Below are positions 17,846-26,062 of a stretch of DNA of 64,000 nt, piece by piece. This DNA comes from Candidatus Dormiibacterota bacterium (GTDB lineage Bacteria > Acidobacteriota > Terriglobia > Terriglobales > Acidobacteriaceae): positions 4,188 through 68,187 of the forward strand of contig DATMQT010000102.1 in NCBI GenBank assembly GCA_035566655.1. The letters are read 5' to 3'. The translations under genes and the position numbers were made by a program. How positions within the stretch are numbered: the first letter of the stretch is position 1; every line of letters begins with the position of its first letter. The notes beneath the pieces are model-generated. The model did not search any database. It was not told the DNA's origin and saw nothing but the letters and a program-made list of their open reading frames with translations.

Positions 17846-17889
17846 GAGGATTGACGCTTAGGACGCGATTAGACAGGATAAATCAAGGG

Positions 17890-17970
17890 GCAGTTGCCGG
17901 TTGCCAGCAAAACCAAACGTATGTGAGGGAGACTAGAACTGGCAACTGCCAACTGGCGGCTGGCGACTGC
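17890..17970. repeat. heptamer-word hairpin (CAGTTGC/CGGTTGC) between the regulator gene and ppc
   Basis: Left arm 17890-17908, 30-nt loop, right arm 17939-17970, which abuts the regulator stop codon. Confidence 0.75.
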
Positions 17971-18728
17971 TATTTAGGCGATTCGAAGCGATAGCCAATG
18001 CCGCGCAGCGTCTTCAGATACTTCGGGTGACGCGGATCGGCTTCTATCTTCTCCCGCAATCGCCGCACGTAAACGTCAATAGATCGCGGCGTTACAAAAG
18101 GAGTCTCTTTCCACACTGCATCCAGCAACTGGTCGCGCGTGAGCACGCGTCCGCAGTGCGTTGCCAGATATTCCAGCAGGCGGAATTCGCGCACGGTGGT
18201 AAGAACCGCCCTGCCCTGCACCTGCACGGTCATCGACGAAGCGTCGATTTCAAGATCGCCGATCCGCAGAACTTCCGGCGTCACCGGCGCCTGGCGCAAG
18301 CCCCGCAGGACGCTGCGCACCCGCGCCACTAGCTCCCGCGGACTGAAGGGCTTGGTAATGTAATCGTCTCCCCCCAGTTCGAGACCCTTGACGCGGTCGG
18401 CCTCGGCCGTCTTGGCGGTCAAAAAAATGATGGGTGTCGAAGAAAGAGCCGGGGTCTGCCGGATCTGGCGGCACAAATCAAAACCGTCGGCGCCGGGAAG
18501 CATCACGTCCAACAGAAAAAGCGACGGCATCTCCCGCAGGGCTTCCGACACCAGAGACGCGCCGCTGACAAAGCTCTGCACATCAAAGCCGGCGGCCTGC
18601 AAGTTGTGAGAGATCAGACGTGCAATGTCTTCCTCGTCTTCCACTACAAAGACCAGGCAGCGGGACACACCAGCCATGCCCGCATCACCGAGCGGTTCGT
18701 ACGATCCCGTGGGAGAGTGCATAGTCAC
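17970..18728 (-). CDS. OmpR/PhoB-family response regulator
   Basis: Receiver domain (VFVVEDEEDIARL...LLDVMLPGADGFDL) and winged-helix domain (REFRLLEYLATH...LRGIGYRF). The start may instead be ATG 18677. Confidence 0.9.
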   Translation of the reverse strand: MTMHSPTGSYEPLGDAGMAGVSRCLVFVVEDEEDIARLISHNLQAAGFDVQSFVSGASLVSEALREMPSLFLLDVMLPGADGFDLCRQIRQTPALSSTPIIFLTAKTAEADRVKGLELGGDDYITKPFSPRELVARVRSVLRGLRQAPVTPEVLRIGDLEIDASSMTVQVQGRAVLTTVREFRLLEYLATHCGRVLTRDQLLDAVWKETPFVTPRSIDVYVRRLREKIEADPRHPKYLKTLRGIGYRFESPK

Positions 18729-18847
18729 TTATGGTGGCGTGGTCGCGGATCCAGAGCCCTACGTCGGAGCCGGGTTCTGCATAGAATGTATGTTGGAAAT
18801 GTTGCGAGAATGTTTCCCGCGTGTTAACGAATGATGAATTTCGGAAG

Positions 18848-18945
18848 GCAGTGGCCAGTGGTCAGTGATCAGTGGCCAGAGAAAACCGTACCTATGGTCG
18901 CAGGTGGGACTGACTGACCACTGACCACTAACCACTGACCACTGC
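18848..18945. repeat. heptamer-word hairpin (CAGTGRY) between phoU and the response-regulator gene
   Basis: Left arm 18848-18879, 30-nt loop, right arm 18910-18945. About 27/32 complementary by hand alignment. TTTT follows on the plus strand. Confidence 0.9.
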
Positions 18946-18947
18946 TT

Positions 18948-19709
18948 TTAGGTCGCTGCCCGCTTCTTCGGCGCATGCCGCAGGCTGCGGCCTTCGATCA
19001 GGCTGTAAAGGTCTTCGGCGAGATTGGTGGTGTGGTCCCCGGCGCGCTCCAAAGCTTGCGCCATCAGCAGCACATCGAAGCTCGAAGGATTGTTGTCCGT
19101 GGCGTGCTCGGTGAGATGTTTCTGGAATAGCCCATGACAGACGCGATCAATGTCTTTGTCCATTTGCAGGACTTTGCGGGCGCATTCCAGATCGAGGTCA
19201 ACGAATCCCCGGTAAACCAGATCGAGCATCTCGCGCAGCGTTGCCGACATTTCCACCAGTTGGCGCACATCGGAGGCCGCCATCTTTTCCGTCCGCGACT
19301 GCACGCGCATGGCTACGCTCATCATCAGATCGCCAATCCGTTCCAGGTCCGTGGTGCACTTCAGGCTGGTCAGCAACTGCCGGGCCCGCGCCTCATTCAC
19401 GCGCGTGATGGCCGCCGGCAAGCGCTCATCAATATAGCGCTCGATGATGTCGAGTTCCTTCTCGCAGTCCTTGATGGCCAGAAACGCCATGCGCGAAGAA
19501 TGGGTAAGCAGGTCGCGCATGTTGAAGGCGGCGTCGCGGGCGATGAGGAAAGCCTTGAGCGCCGTGCGCGCCAGATCGTCGAGCGATCCGCCTCCTTTCT
19601 TGACGGATCTCCTGCCGCCCTCCTGCGTCGGAGCAGGCACCGCATCGGCGATATCAACTACGCCAGAGTTTTCAAGCGCGGCTCGCGATGGGGCAGCTTT
19701 GCGGGGCAT
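18948..19709 (-). CDS. phoU: PhoU-family phosphate signalling protein with an N-terminal extension
   Basis: Two PhoU-type helical repeats with the conserved DLERIGD and ALERAGDH motifs. An extra ~45 N-terminal residues precede them. Confidence 0.8.
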   Translation of the reverse strand: MPRKAAPSRAALENSGVVDIADAVPAPTQEGGRRSVKKGGGSLDDLARTALKAFLIARDAAFNMRDLLTHSSRMAFLAIKDCEKELDIIERYIDERLPAAITRVNEARARQLLTSLKCTTDLERIGDLMMSVAMRVQSRTEKMAASDVRQLVEMSATLREMLDLVYRGFVDLDLECARKVLQMDKDIDRVCHGLFQKHLTEHATDNNPSSFDVLLMAQALERAGDHTTNLAEDLYSLIEGRSLRHAPKKRAAT

Positions 19710-19740
19710 GTTACGCTAGTCTACCTCCCGATTGTGAACG

Positions 19741-19756
19741 GACTGTTAACACAGTC
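19741..19756. promoter_or_regulatory. inverted repeat GACTGT-N4-ACAGTC in the divergent phoU / dinB-family promoter region
   Basis: Perfect 6+6 dyad read from the sequence. The cognate factor is unknown. Confidence 0.25.
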
Positions 19757-19810
19757 TTCAATGCTTTTCCGATGATAAACTCCACGGGGACTTAAGGTTG
19801 ACTAAGAATC

Positions 19811-20281
19811 GTGACACTACTCGAACATCTGCGCCGCCAGTTCGCCTATGATGCCTGGGCGAATCGCGAAGTGCTCGCCGGGTTAAAGGCGAGCCCGCAT
19901 CCGGCTGTGCGCCAGCTGCAACTTCTGGCGCACATTCTTTCTGCCGAGCGGCTCTGGCTGGAGCGCATCCGCAAGCAACCGCAAAGCCTGCCCGTGTGGC
20001 CAGACTTCACCACCGAGCAATGCGATGAGCGAATCACCGAACTCGCACAGCTATGGCACGAATGCCTCGGCCTGCTTTCTCCCGCCGGACTCTCGAACAA
20101 GGTCGCCTACAAGAACAGCAAGGGCGAGCCCTGGATCAGCACCGTGGAAGACGTCTTGACCCATGTGCTGCTGCACTCGGCGTATCATCGGGGACAGATC
20201 GCCAGCCAGGTGCGCGACGCCGGTGTGCAGCCCGCCTATACGGACTACATCCACGCTGTGCGCCAGGGCTTGATCGAATAG
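19811..20281 (+). CDS. DinB-family (DinB/YfiT-like four-helix) protein
   Basis: FAYDAWANREVL near the N-terminus and HVLLHSAYHRGQI near the C-terminus. GTG start. Confidence 0.8.
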   Translation: MTLLEHLRRQFAYDAWANREVLAGLKASPHPAVRQLQLLAHILSAERLWLERIRKQPQSLPVWPDFTTEQCDERITELAQLWHECLGLLSPAGLSNKVAYKNSKGEPWISTVEDVLTHVLLHSAYHRGQIASQVRDAGVQPAYTDYIHAVRQGLIE

Positions 20282-20308
20282 GCCTGATTACATGAGGAGG
20301 GAAAATCC

Positions 20309-20734
20309 ATGGAAGGCCGCCCACTCTTTGCCTTTACTGTCGCGCAAATCGTGGCGGCTGCCGTAGTTCTATGGCTGATATTTTCCCAGCGCATCCCCTG
20401 GAATTTGCAGCGCTGCGTGGGCGCTGCCCTGGTGGCCGTGGGCTATGGTGGAATTGCGGCCGCACGCTACCAACTCGGCAAGTCTTTCTCCCTAACACCC
20501 CAAGCCCGCCAGCTAGTCACACGCGGGGTTTATTCCAAGATACGCAATCCGATCTATGTTTTCGGCACGGTCGCGATTGCCGGACTTATCCTGCTTTTGC
20601 GCCAGCCGTCGCTCTGGCTGCTTCTTGTGCTCATCGTAATCATCCAGACGCTGCGCGCCCGCCGCGAAGCTCAGGTTCTGGAAGCCGCATTCGGCGATGC
20701 CTACCGCGAGTATCGCCGCAAAACCTGGTTCTGA
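20309..20734 (+). CDS. isoprenylcysteine carboxyl methyltransferase (ICMT/PEMT) family membrane protein
   Basis: LVTRGVYSKIRNPIYVF motif, EEAxLxxxFGxxYxxY-like C-terminus, 3-4 TM segments. A GAGGAGGG Shine-Dalgarno sequence precedes the ATG. Confidence 0.8.
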   Translation: MEGRPLFAFTVAQIVAAAVVLWLIFSQRIPWNLQRCVGAALVAVGYGGIAAARYQLGKSFSLTPQARQLVTRGVYSKIRNPIYVFGTVAIAGLILLLRQPSLWLLLVLIVIIQTLRARREAQVLEAAFGDAYREYRRKTWF

Positions 20735-20775
20735 AGAGCTGGTTCTGAAGACCTGGTTCTGAAGACCCGGTTCGG
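20725..20775. repeat. 14-nt (2 x 7) tandem repeat ctggttc-tgaagaS, about 3.5 copies, spanning the ICMT stop codon
   Basis: ctggttctgaagag / ctggttctgaagac / ctggttctgaagac / ccggttcggaggct read directly. The TGA stop at 20732-20734 lies in the first unit. Confidence 0.85.
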
Positions 20776-20820
20776 AGGCTGGCACCTTAAATCGCGCAAT
20801 GTGGGGTAATATCTCTTGCG

Positions 20821-21864
20821 ATGAAGAAACTGCCGGTTCTTGTTGCCCTGACGCTCTGCGCCTTAATCGTGCTCGGCGCGGACGATCAAAAGAAGATCCC
20901 TTCGATGCCAGCCGCGGTCTCCGGCAACGCCGTTGCCAGTCTCAAAGACGGCCTCCAAATCTTCTCCATGATGGGTGTCGGTCCCCGCAAAACCTGGGAC
21001 GACGTTACTAATCAGGTCTACATCATGGACCTGGTGCATGCGAAGTGGACTGAAGGCCGCACCGTCCCCGGAGTCGGGGGCCGTCTAAATTCTTCCGCCG
21101 CCGGGGCCAAGGGGCTGGTCATCTTAATGGGCGGCTATGTGGTTGATAGTCAAGGAGGCGAACTCACCGTTTCCGACGTCAACGTCTATGAGCCGAACTC
21201 TCGCCGCTGGTCTCGCGGTAAGGACATACCGACGCCCGTCGATAGCGCGGTGGCTGGTGTAAGCCATGACCGCTTCATCTACTTGATTGGCGGCCGATCG
21301 CCGACTGGCCCGGTCAATTCAGTTCAGGTGTATGACGTCGAGAAGGACACTTGGAGTCAGGCGACTCCGTTCCCGGGCACTCCGGTCTTCGGCTTAGCTG
21401 GCGGGGTGGCTGACGAGAGCATCGTGATTGTAGATGGCGCAAAGCCTGGCCCCGCGGGCGGTCCGCGCTACGTGGCATCTGAGGAGTGCTGGCTGGGCAA
21501 GATCGACAAGAAAGATCACGACAAGATTGAATGGAGCAAGCTGCCCGCGCATCCCGGTGCGGCGCGCTTCGGAATCGGTGGCGGTGGCTCCAGCCACGAT
21601 CACCGGGTCTTCTTCTCCGGCGGCACCGTCGCGCCTCACGACTACAAGGGCGTTGCCTACGACGGCAAGCCTCAAGAGGGGTCCGAAGTGAGCTTCGCCT
21701 ACGACCTGCATCGCCACCAGTGGGAGACCACCAGTGATAACACCTACGACCCCCGCGCCGACAGCCGCGGCATCGTGATGACGCCCATCGGCCCCGTGGT
21801 CATGGGAGGGATGGTGAGGAATCTGGCCGTGACCGCGCGCGTGACCCAGGTACCGAGGAAGTGA
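20821..21864 (+). CDS. secreted Kelch-repeat beta-propeller protein
   Basis: Signal peptide MKKLPVLVALTLCALIVLGA. Recurrent blades with GG doublets and W/Y (IYLIGGRS, VYDVEKDTWS). Confidence 0.7.
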   Translation: MKKLPVLVALTLCALIVLGADDQKKIPSMPAAVSGNAVASLKDGLQIFSMMGVGPRKTWDDVTNQVYIMDLVHAKWTEGRTVPGVGGRLNSSAAGAKGLVILMGGYVVDSQGGELTVSDVNVYEPNSRRWSRGKDIPTPVDSAVAGVSHDRFIYLIGGRSPTGPVNSVQVYDVEKDTWSQATPFPGTPVFGLAGGVADESIVIVDGAKPGPAGGPRYVASEECWLGKIDKKDHDKIEWSKLPAHPGAARFGIGGGGSSHDHRVFFSGGTVAPHDYKGVAYDGKPQEGSEVSFAYDLHRHQWETTSDNTYDPRADSRGIVMTPIGPVVMGGMVRNLAVTARVTQVPRK

Positions 21865-22109
21865 GCGGTCACTGGGGTGGAACGAATTTGTCGAATGCCG
21901 TCGCTTCGCGATACAATCCTTGAGATTTGTTTGTAGACCCCTGCACTTCCACCTAAAGGTTCGCGCCATGGAAACGACAACGTTGTACCCGCGGTAGTTC
22001 GCCATCCTTCTGAGTCCGCTTGCTCGGACCTCTCGTTTGTCTCTGGGATTTTCATCGACGCATTCTCCCGGTTCGTCCGGAGATTAGCGTGGAAAGCTCG
22101 CAGGCATCT

Positions 22110-23525
22110 ATGGAAGTCACTACCTCTATTGCGGAGAAGCCGCACACACTCTGGGCCTCGCTGGTGGAAGCCGTTCGCGGCTCGCACCAGGACTACACGG
22201 CCGGCAGCCTGAACCGCGCCATCTTACTTTTAGCCGTCCCCATGGTGCTGGAGATGGTGCTGGAATCGCTGTTCGGGGTGGTCGACATTTTCTGGGTGGG
22301 ACGGCTGGGCGCGAACGCCGTAGCCACGATCGGCCTCACGGAGTCGATGTTGAGCCTGATCTTCGCCGTGGCCATGGGCCTGAGCTTGTCGACCACTGCC
22401 ATGGTGGCGCGCCGCATCGGAGAAAAAGATCCGGAAGGCGCGGCGGTCGCGGGAGTGCAGGCAATCGCTCTCGGGTTCATTGTTTCCCTGGCAATCGGAA
22501 TCCCTTGCGGAATCTGGGCGCCAGACCTTTTGCGGTTGATGGGCGCGTCGCCGGAGATCGTTGCGACCGGCAGCGGCTACACCAGAATTTGCCTGGGCGG
22601 AAGTTTTGCTGTGCTTCTGCTGTTTCTGAACAACGCGATCTTCCGCGGCGCCGGCGATGCCGCGATCGCCATGCGCCTGCTGTGGGTATCGAACATCATC
22701 AACCTGGTGCTCGATCCCTGCCTGATCTTTGGTTGGGGACCGTTCCCGCGCCTGGGCGTAACCGGAGCGGCTTTGGCGACGCTTACTGGCCGCAGCATCG
22801 GCGTGCTGTATCAGTTCTATCGGCTGATGAAAGGGACAGAGCGTCTCCGCATCCTGAAGAGCCAGGTTCGCATAAAGTGGAACGTGCTGTGGCGGCTGGT
22901 GCGCGTTTCGCTGACCGGGATTTTGCAGTTCGCAATCGCGCACACCAGCTGGATCGGCCTGGTCCGCATCGTCAGCATCTTTGGTGCGGCGGCGCTCGCG
23001 GGATACACCATCGCAATCCGCATCGTCATCTTCATCATTTTGCCCTCGTGGGGCTTGAGCAATGCGGCGGCCACGTTAGTGGGGCAGAACCTGGGCGCGG
23101 GGCATCCCGAGCGCGCCGAGAAAGCCGTCTGGCGCACCGGACTTTACAACGTAATTTTCCTGGGCATCGTGGGAGTGATCTTCATAACATTTCCCGAGCC
23201 CATCGTGCGGTTGTTCACGCATGATCCGGACGTGGTGCCGCTGGGAGCGGCCTGCCTGCGCATCATCAGCTACGGCAACCTGGGATACGCCTACTTCATG
23301 GTGATGATGCAGGCCTTCAACGGCGCGGGCGACACCATCACTCCCACGATCGTGAATTTCTTTGGCTTCTGGCTGCTCGAGATTCCGCTGGCTTATTCGC
23401 TAGCGATCCCTCTGCACATGAAATCGAATGGAGTTTTCGCTTCAATTGCCATTGCGGAGAGCGCCATGGCGGTGGCCAGCGCGATTTTGTTCAAGCAAGG
23501 AAAGTGGAAGAAACAGAAGATATAA
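22110..23525 (+). CDS. MATE family efflux transporter
   Basis: About 470 aa with 12 predicted TM segments and an N-terminal region typical of MATE (LLAVPMVLEMVLESLFGVVDIFWVGRLG). Start at ATG 22110. Confidence 0.9.
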   Translation: MEVTTSIAEKPHTLWASLVEAVRGSHQDYTAGSLNRAILLLAVPMVLEMVLESLFGVVDIFWVGRLGANAVATIGLTESMLSLIFAVAMGLSLSTTAMVARRIGEKDPEGAAVAGVQAIALGFIVSLAIGIPCGIWAPDLLRLMGASPEIVATGSGYTRICLGGSFAVLLLFLNNAIFRGAGDAAIAMRLLWVSNIINLVLDPCLIFGWGPFPRLGVTGAALATLTGRSIGVLYQFYRLMKGTERLRILKSQVRIKWNVLWRLVRVSLTGILQFAIAHTSWIGLVRIVSIFGAAALAGYTIAIRIVIFIILPSWGLSNAAATLVGQNLGAGHPERAEKAVWRTGLYNVIFLGIVGVIFITFPEPIVRLFTHDPDVVPLGAACLRIISYGNLGYAYFMVMMQAFNGAGDTITPTIVNFFGFWLLEIPLAYSLAIPLHMKSNGVFASIAIAESAMAVASAILFKQGKWKKQKI

Positions 23526-23531
23526 GGAGAG

Positions 23532-23566
23532 CCTAAGACCTACAACCTAAGACCTGAGACCCGAAT
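23532..23566. repeat. tandem heptamer array (cctaaga cctacaa cctaaga cctgaga cccgaat)
   Basis: Fills the 41-nt gap between the convergent MATE and phosphatase stop codons. Confidence 0.8.
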
Positions 23567-25735
23567 CTACCTTGCCCGCGCCAGCACCAACGTGATGTCA
23601 TCCGGCTGCTCGTTGTCGCCGATCCAGTCATCAACCGCCGAAGTCACGGTCTGGCTGATCTGGAGGAGGGGCAGAGTCCGGTTCGCACTCACCAGATCAA
23701 TCAATCGTTCCTCGCCAAATTCACCGAAGTCGTTCTCGGGCTCGGTGACGCCGTCGCTGTAGGCCAGGAAAAGTTCGCCGGGATGCATCTCGACCGCGCC
23801 TTCGTCGTAGGTCACGTGCTCGAATAGCCCCACGACGGTCCCGCCCGCTTCCAGCCGTCGTACCGCACCGTCTCTCCCGATCAGAATCGGCGGCAAGTGT
23901 CCTCCATTGCTGTAAGTCAGCTTGTGCGATCGCCCGTCGTAGATTCCCAGAAACAGCGTGGCGTACTTTTCCGGCGGAGTGCTCTCATAGAGCTGGTGGT
24001 TGAGCAGGCTCAGCAAAGCCCCGGGAGAAATCTCGATTCCTTCGGGCCACGCCGCCATGATTCTGCCCGCGCCCGCCACCGCGCCCACCGCCACGGGTTC
24101 GCGCATCTGCGGCAGGCTCTCTACGCTATAGGCGCGGACGGCGGAGTGGATGGTCGCCATCAGCAGTGCCGCCGAAATTCCCTTCCCGCTAATGTCGCCG
24201 ACAGCCAAAATCAGCTTGTGGGAACTGGCCGTGAGAAAGTCGTAGTAATCGCCGCTGACGGTGCGAGCAGGACGGCAGAAGCCGTGCACTTCAAGCGATT
24301 CCAGGTCCGTAACCTGCCGCGGAAACAGTTGCGCCTGCACTTCCTGTGCGATGGCGAGTTCGCCTTCCAGCCGCTGCTTTTCCTTCTGCTCGAGAATCAG
24401 CTTCTCGATGGACTCGGTCATCGAGTTGAACGACAGCGAGAGTTGCGCCAACTGGTCTTTAGATTTAACTGGAATGCGGTGGCTGAAGTCGCCGTGGTCA
24501 ACGTGCTTGGTCGCGTCATAGAGCTGCGCCACGGCCCCGGTCACTGTGCGCGTCATGCGCATGCCGATAATCAGCGCGATCAGTTCGATCAGCGCGAAGA
24601 AGATGCCAACCGCCAGCAGGATGTACTCCACACCCTGTGCGAAGTCCCCCAGCGTTGCCAACACGTGGGCGTAGAGCACCGAGGGCCGAGTCCACACCCG
24701 GATCACCGCACCGTCTCGCGCACGCTTGCCTGTTTTCCAGTCCAGCACGGGCAGCGCACCGAAGAAAGTAACTTCGCGGTCCAAACTGTTGACGGCGGGC
24801 GGCACCGTGCCCACGGTAAAGGCGGGATCCATAGGCCGTCCGCTGTCGCCGCGAATATCAAGGCCGCCTCTGTAGGCTTCCGGGTTGACTGTGGCGCTGG
24901 CTTGTACCCCTGAATTCTGCGGCGTGGACTTATTCTCTGGAACGGCGCCTCCGGAGTCGTCCGACAGGCTGATCTCGCCCATGTCCGCTGCGAGCTTCCC
25001 CACCAACTCGCGGTCGAGCGGCTCGCTGGTAACGACGACAAGTCTCTTCGATCCGACGGTAAGCAGCGTCGCTACGCGAAGGTGCAGTCCATCCTGATCG
25101 CGCGTGATTTCGCGCATGTTCTCTTTTATGAAGGTGGGAAGCACAAGCGGCGAGCGCTTGGATTCGTCGCCCAGGAGCAGAAGCTTATCGCCATGCCAGG
25201 CGCACATGCGGCGGCGTGCCCAGGCCGCATCGCGTTTCCGCAGTCCCGTCAGTGATTCGGCTGTAGGATTGTCCCCGCGCTCCAGCCGTGCCGCCAATTC
25301 GTTCCCCACGGCGGCATTCACCGCTTCCATATTGCGTAGTTGCGCGTTGATTTCCGAAGTCACGACGAAGATGGCGAACTGTCCAGCAAACCCGTAGAGC
25401 GTGATGAATGCCATCGCAATCAGCAACGCGGCTGGGATCACGCCGATGAAGACGTAGGTCACGATCAGCCGGTTGCGCAGCCGCCACAGAAGTTTTCGCT
25501 TCAGCCAGCGGAAGGCAACAACGGAAAACAGCAAAGCTGCGTCGATGACAAGAAATTTGACCCAACCTCCAAGACTATCGCTCAATTTCGGGGCAAGCAG
25601 TTTCAGTAGCATTTCCAGGGCAAAGAGAACCACCGCCAGGCCCAGGGAATAGCAGGCTCCGCGCGCGACCCAGCCTTGCGGCCACAAACCGGCCGCCAGC
25701 ATTCGTCCGCGCAACTCCAGGAAGGACTTCCTCAT
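23567..25735 (-). CDS. membrane sensor with HAMP domain and PP2C/SpoIIE-type Ser/Thr phosphatase domain
   Basis: N-terminal TM segments and a periplasmic-type region, then a second TM followed by a HAMP-like helix. Phosphatase motifs SGDYYDF, GDISGKGISAALLMA and YSDGVTE. Confidence 0.85.
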   Translation of the reverse strand: MRKSFLELRGRMLAAGLWPQGWVARGACYSLGLAVVLFALEMLLKLLAPKLSDSLGGWVKFLVIDAALLFSVVAFRWLKRKLLWRLRNRLIVTYVFIGVIPAALLIAMAFITLYGFAGQFAIFVVTSEINAQLRNMEAVNAAVGNELAARLERGDNPTAESLTGLRKRDAAWARRRMCAWHGDKLLLLGDESKRSPLVLPTFIKENMREITRDQDGLHLRVATLLTVGSKRLVVVTSEPLDRELVGKLAADMGEISLSDDSGGAVPENKSTPQNSGVQASATVNPEAYRGGLDIRGDSGRPMDPAFTVGTVPPAVNSLDREVTFFGALPVLDWKTGKRARDGAVIRVWTRPSVLYAHVLATLGDFAQGVEYILLAVGIFFALIELIALIIGMRMTRTVTGAVAQLYDATKHVDHGDFSHRIPVKSKDQLAQLSLSFNSMTESIEKLILEQKEKQRLEGELAIAQEVQAQLFPRQVTDLESLEVHGFCRPARTVSGDYYDFLTASSHKLILAVGDISGKGISAALLMATIHSAVRAYSVESLPQMREPVAVGAVAGAGRIMAAWPEGIEISPGALLSLLNHQLYESTPPEKYATLFLGIYDGRSHKLTYSNGGHLPPILIGRDGAVRRLEAGGTVVGLFEHVTYDEGAVEMHPGELFLAYSDGVTEPENDFGEFGEERLIDLVSANRTLPLLQISQTVTSAVDDWIGDNEQPDDITLVLARAR

Positions 25736-25756
25736 GATTTCGTTACGCTGGATCTA

Positions 25757-25957
25757 CTAGATCTCCGGATACAGATCGAAGAACGCTTCCAGGCTGGTGC
25801 GCAACTGCTTCTCAATCTCTTCCTTGCTGCCTTCGAGCACGTGCATGGTAACGTGCGCCTCGCGTCCGTTAGCAAGCTTTACTGGAGCCTGCCCGACTTC
25901 GGCCACATCTTCGGAAGGCAACAGGCGCATGCCGTAAACCAGTGTGAGATTCGCCAT
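25757..25957 (-). CDS. small acidic hypothetical protein (66 aa)
   Basis: ORF ends 21 nt before the phosphatase start on the same strand. Third-position GC is high by hand count (about 70%). No recognisable motif. Confidence 0.35.
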   Translation of the reverse strand: MANLTLVYGMRLLPSEDVAEVGQAPVKLANGREAHVTMHVLEGSKEEIEKQLRTSLEAFFDLYPEI

Positions 25958-25977
25958 GCCCTGAATTCTAATCGAAA

Positions 25978-26056
25978 CCAGTTCTTAGTTCTCAGTTCCC
26001 AGTTCGAAGCCACCCAAGGTTTGACCGAGAACTGAGAACTGGGAACTGAGAACTGG
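25978..26056. repeat. heptamer-word hairpin (AGTTCYY) in a divergent 5' region
   Basis: Left arm 25978-26005, 21-nt loop, right arm 26027-26056. The right arm ends 6 nt before ATG 26063. Confidence 0.85.
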
Positions 26057-26062
26057 GTCATC

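Noticed and set aside
21865-22109. Riboswitch (guanidine/ykkC-like) in the 245-nt leader of the MATE transporter gene
   Set aside because: Only a loose resemblance (ccggttcgtccggagat) to the GGGUUCCGG...GGUCCGAGAG core. The other conserved blocks were not found. A covariance-model scan would be needed.
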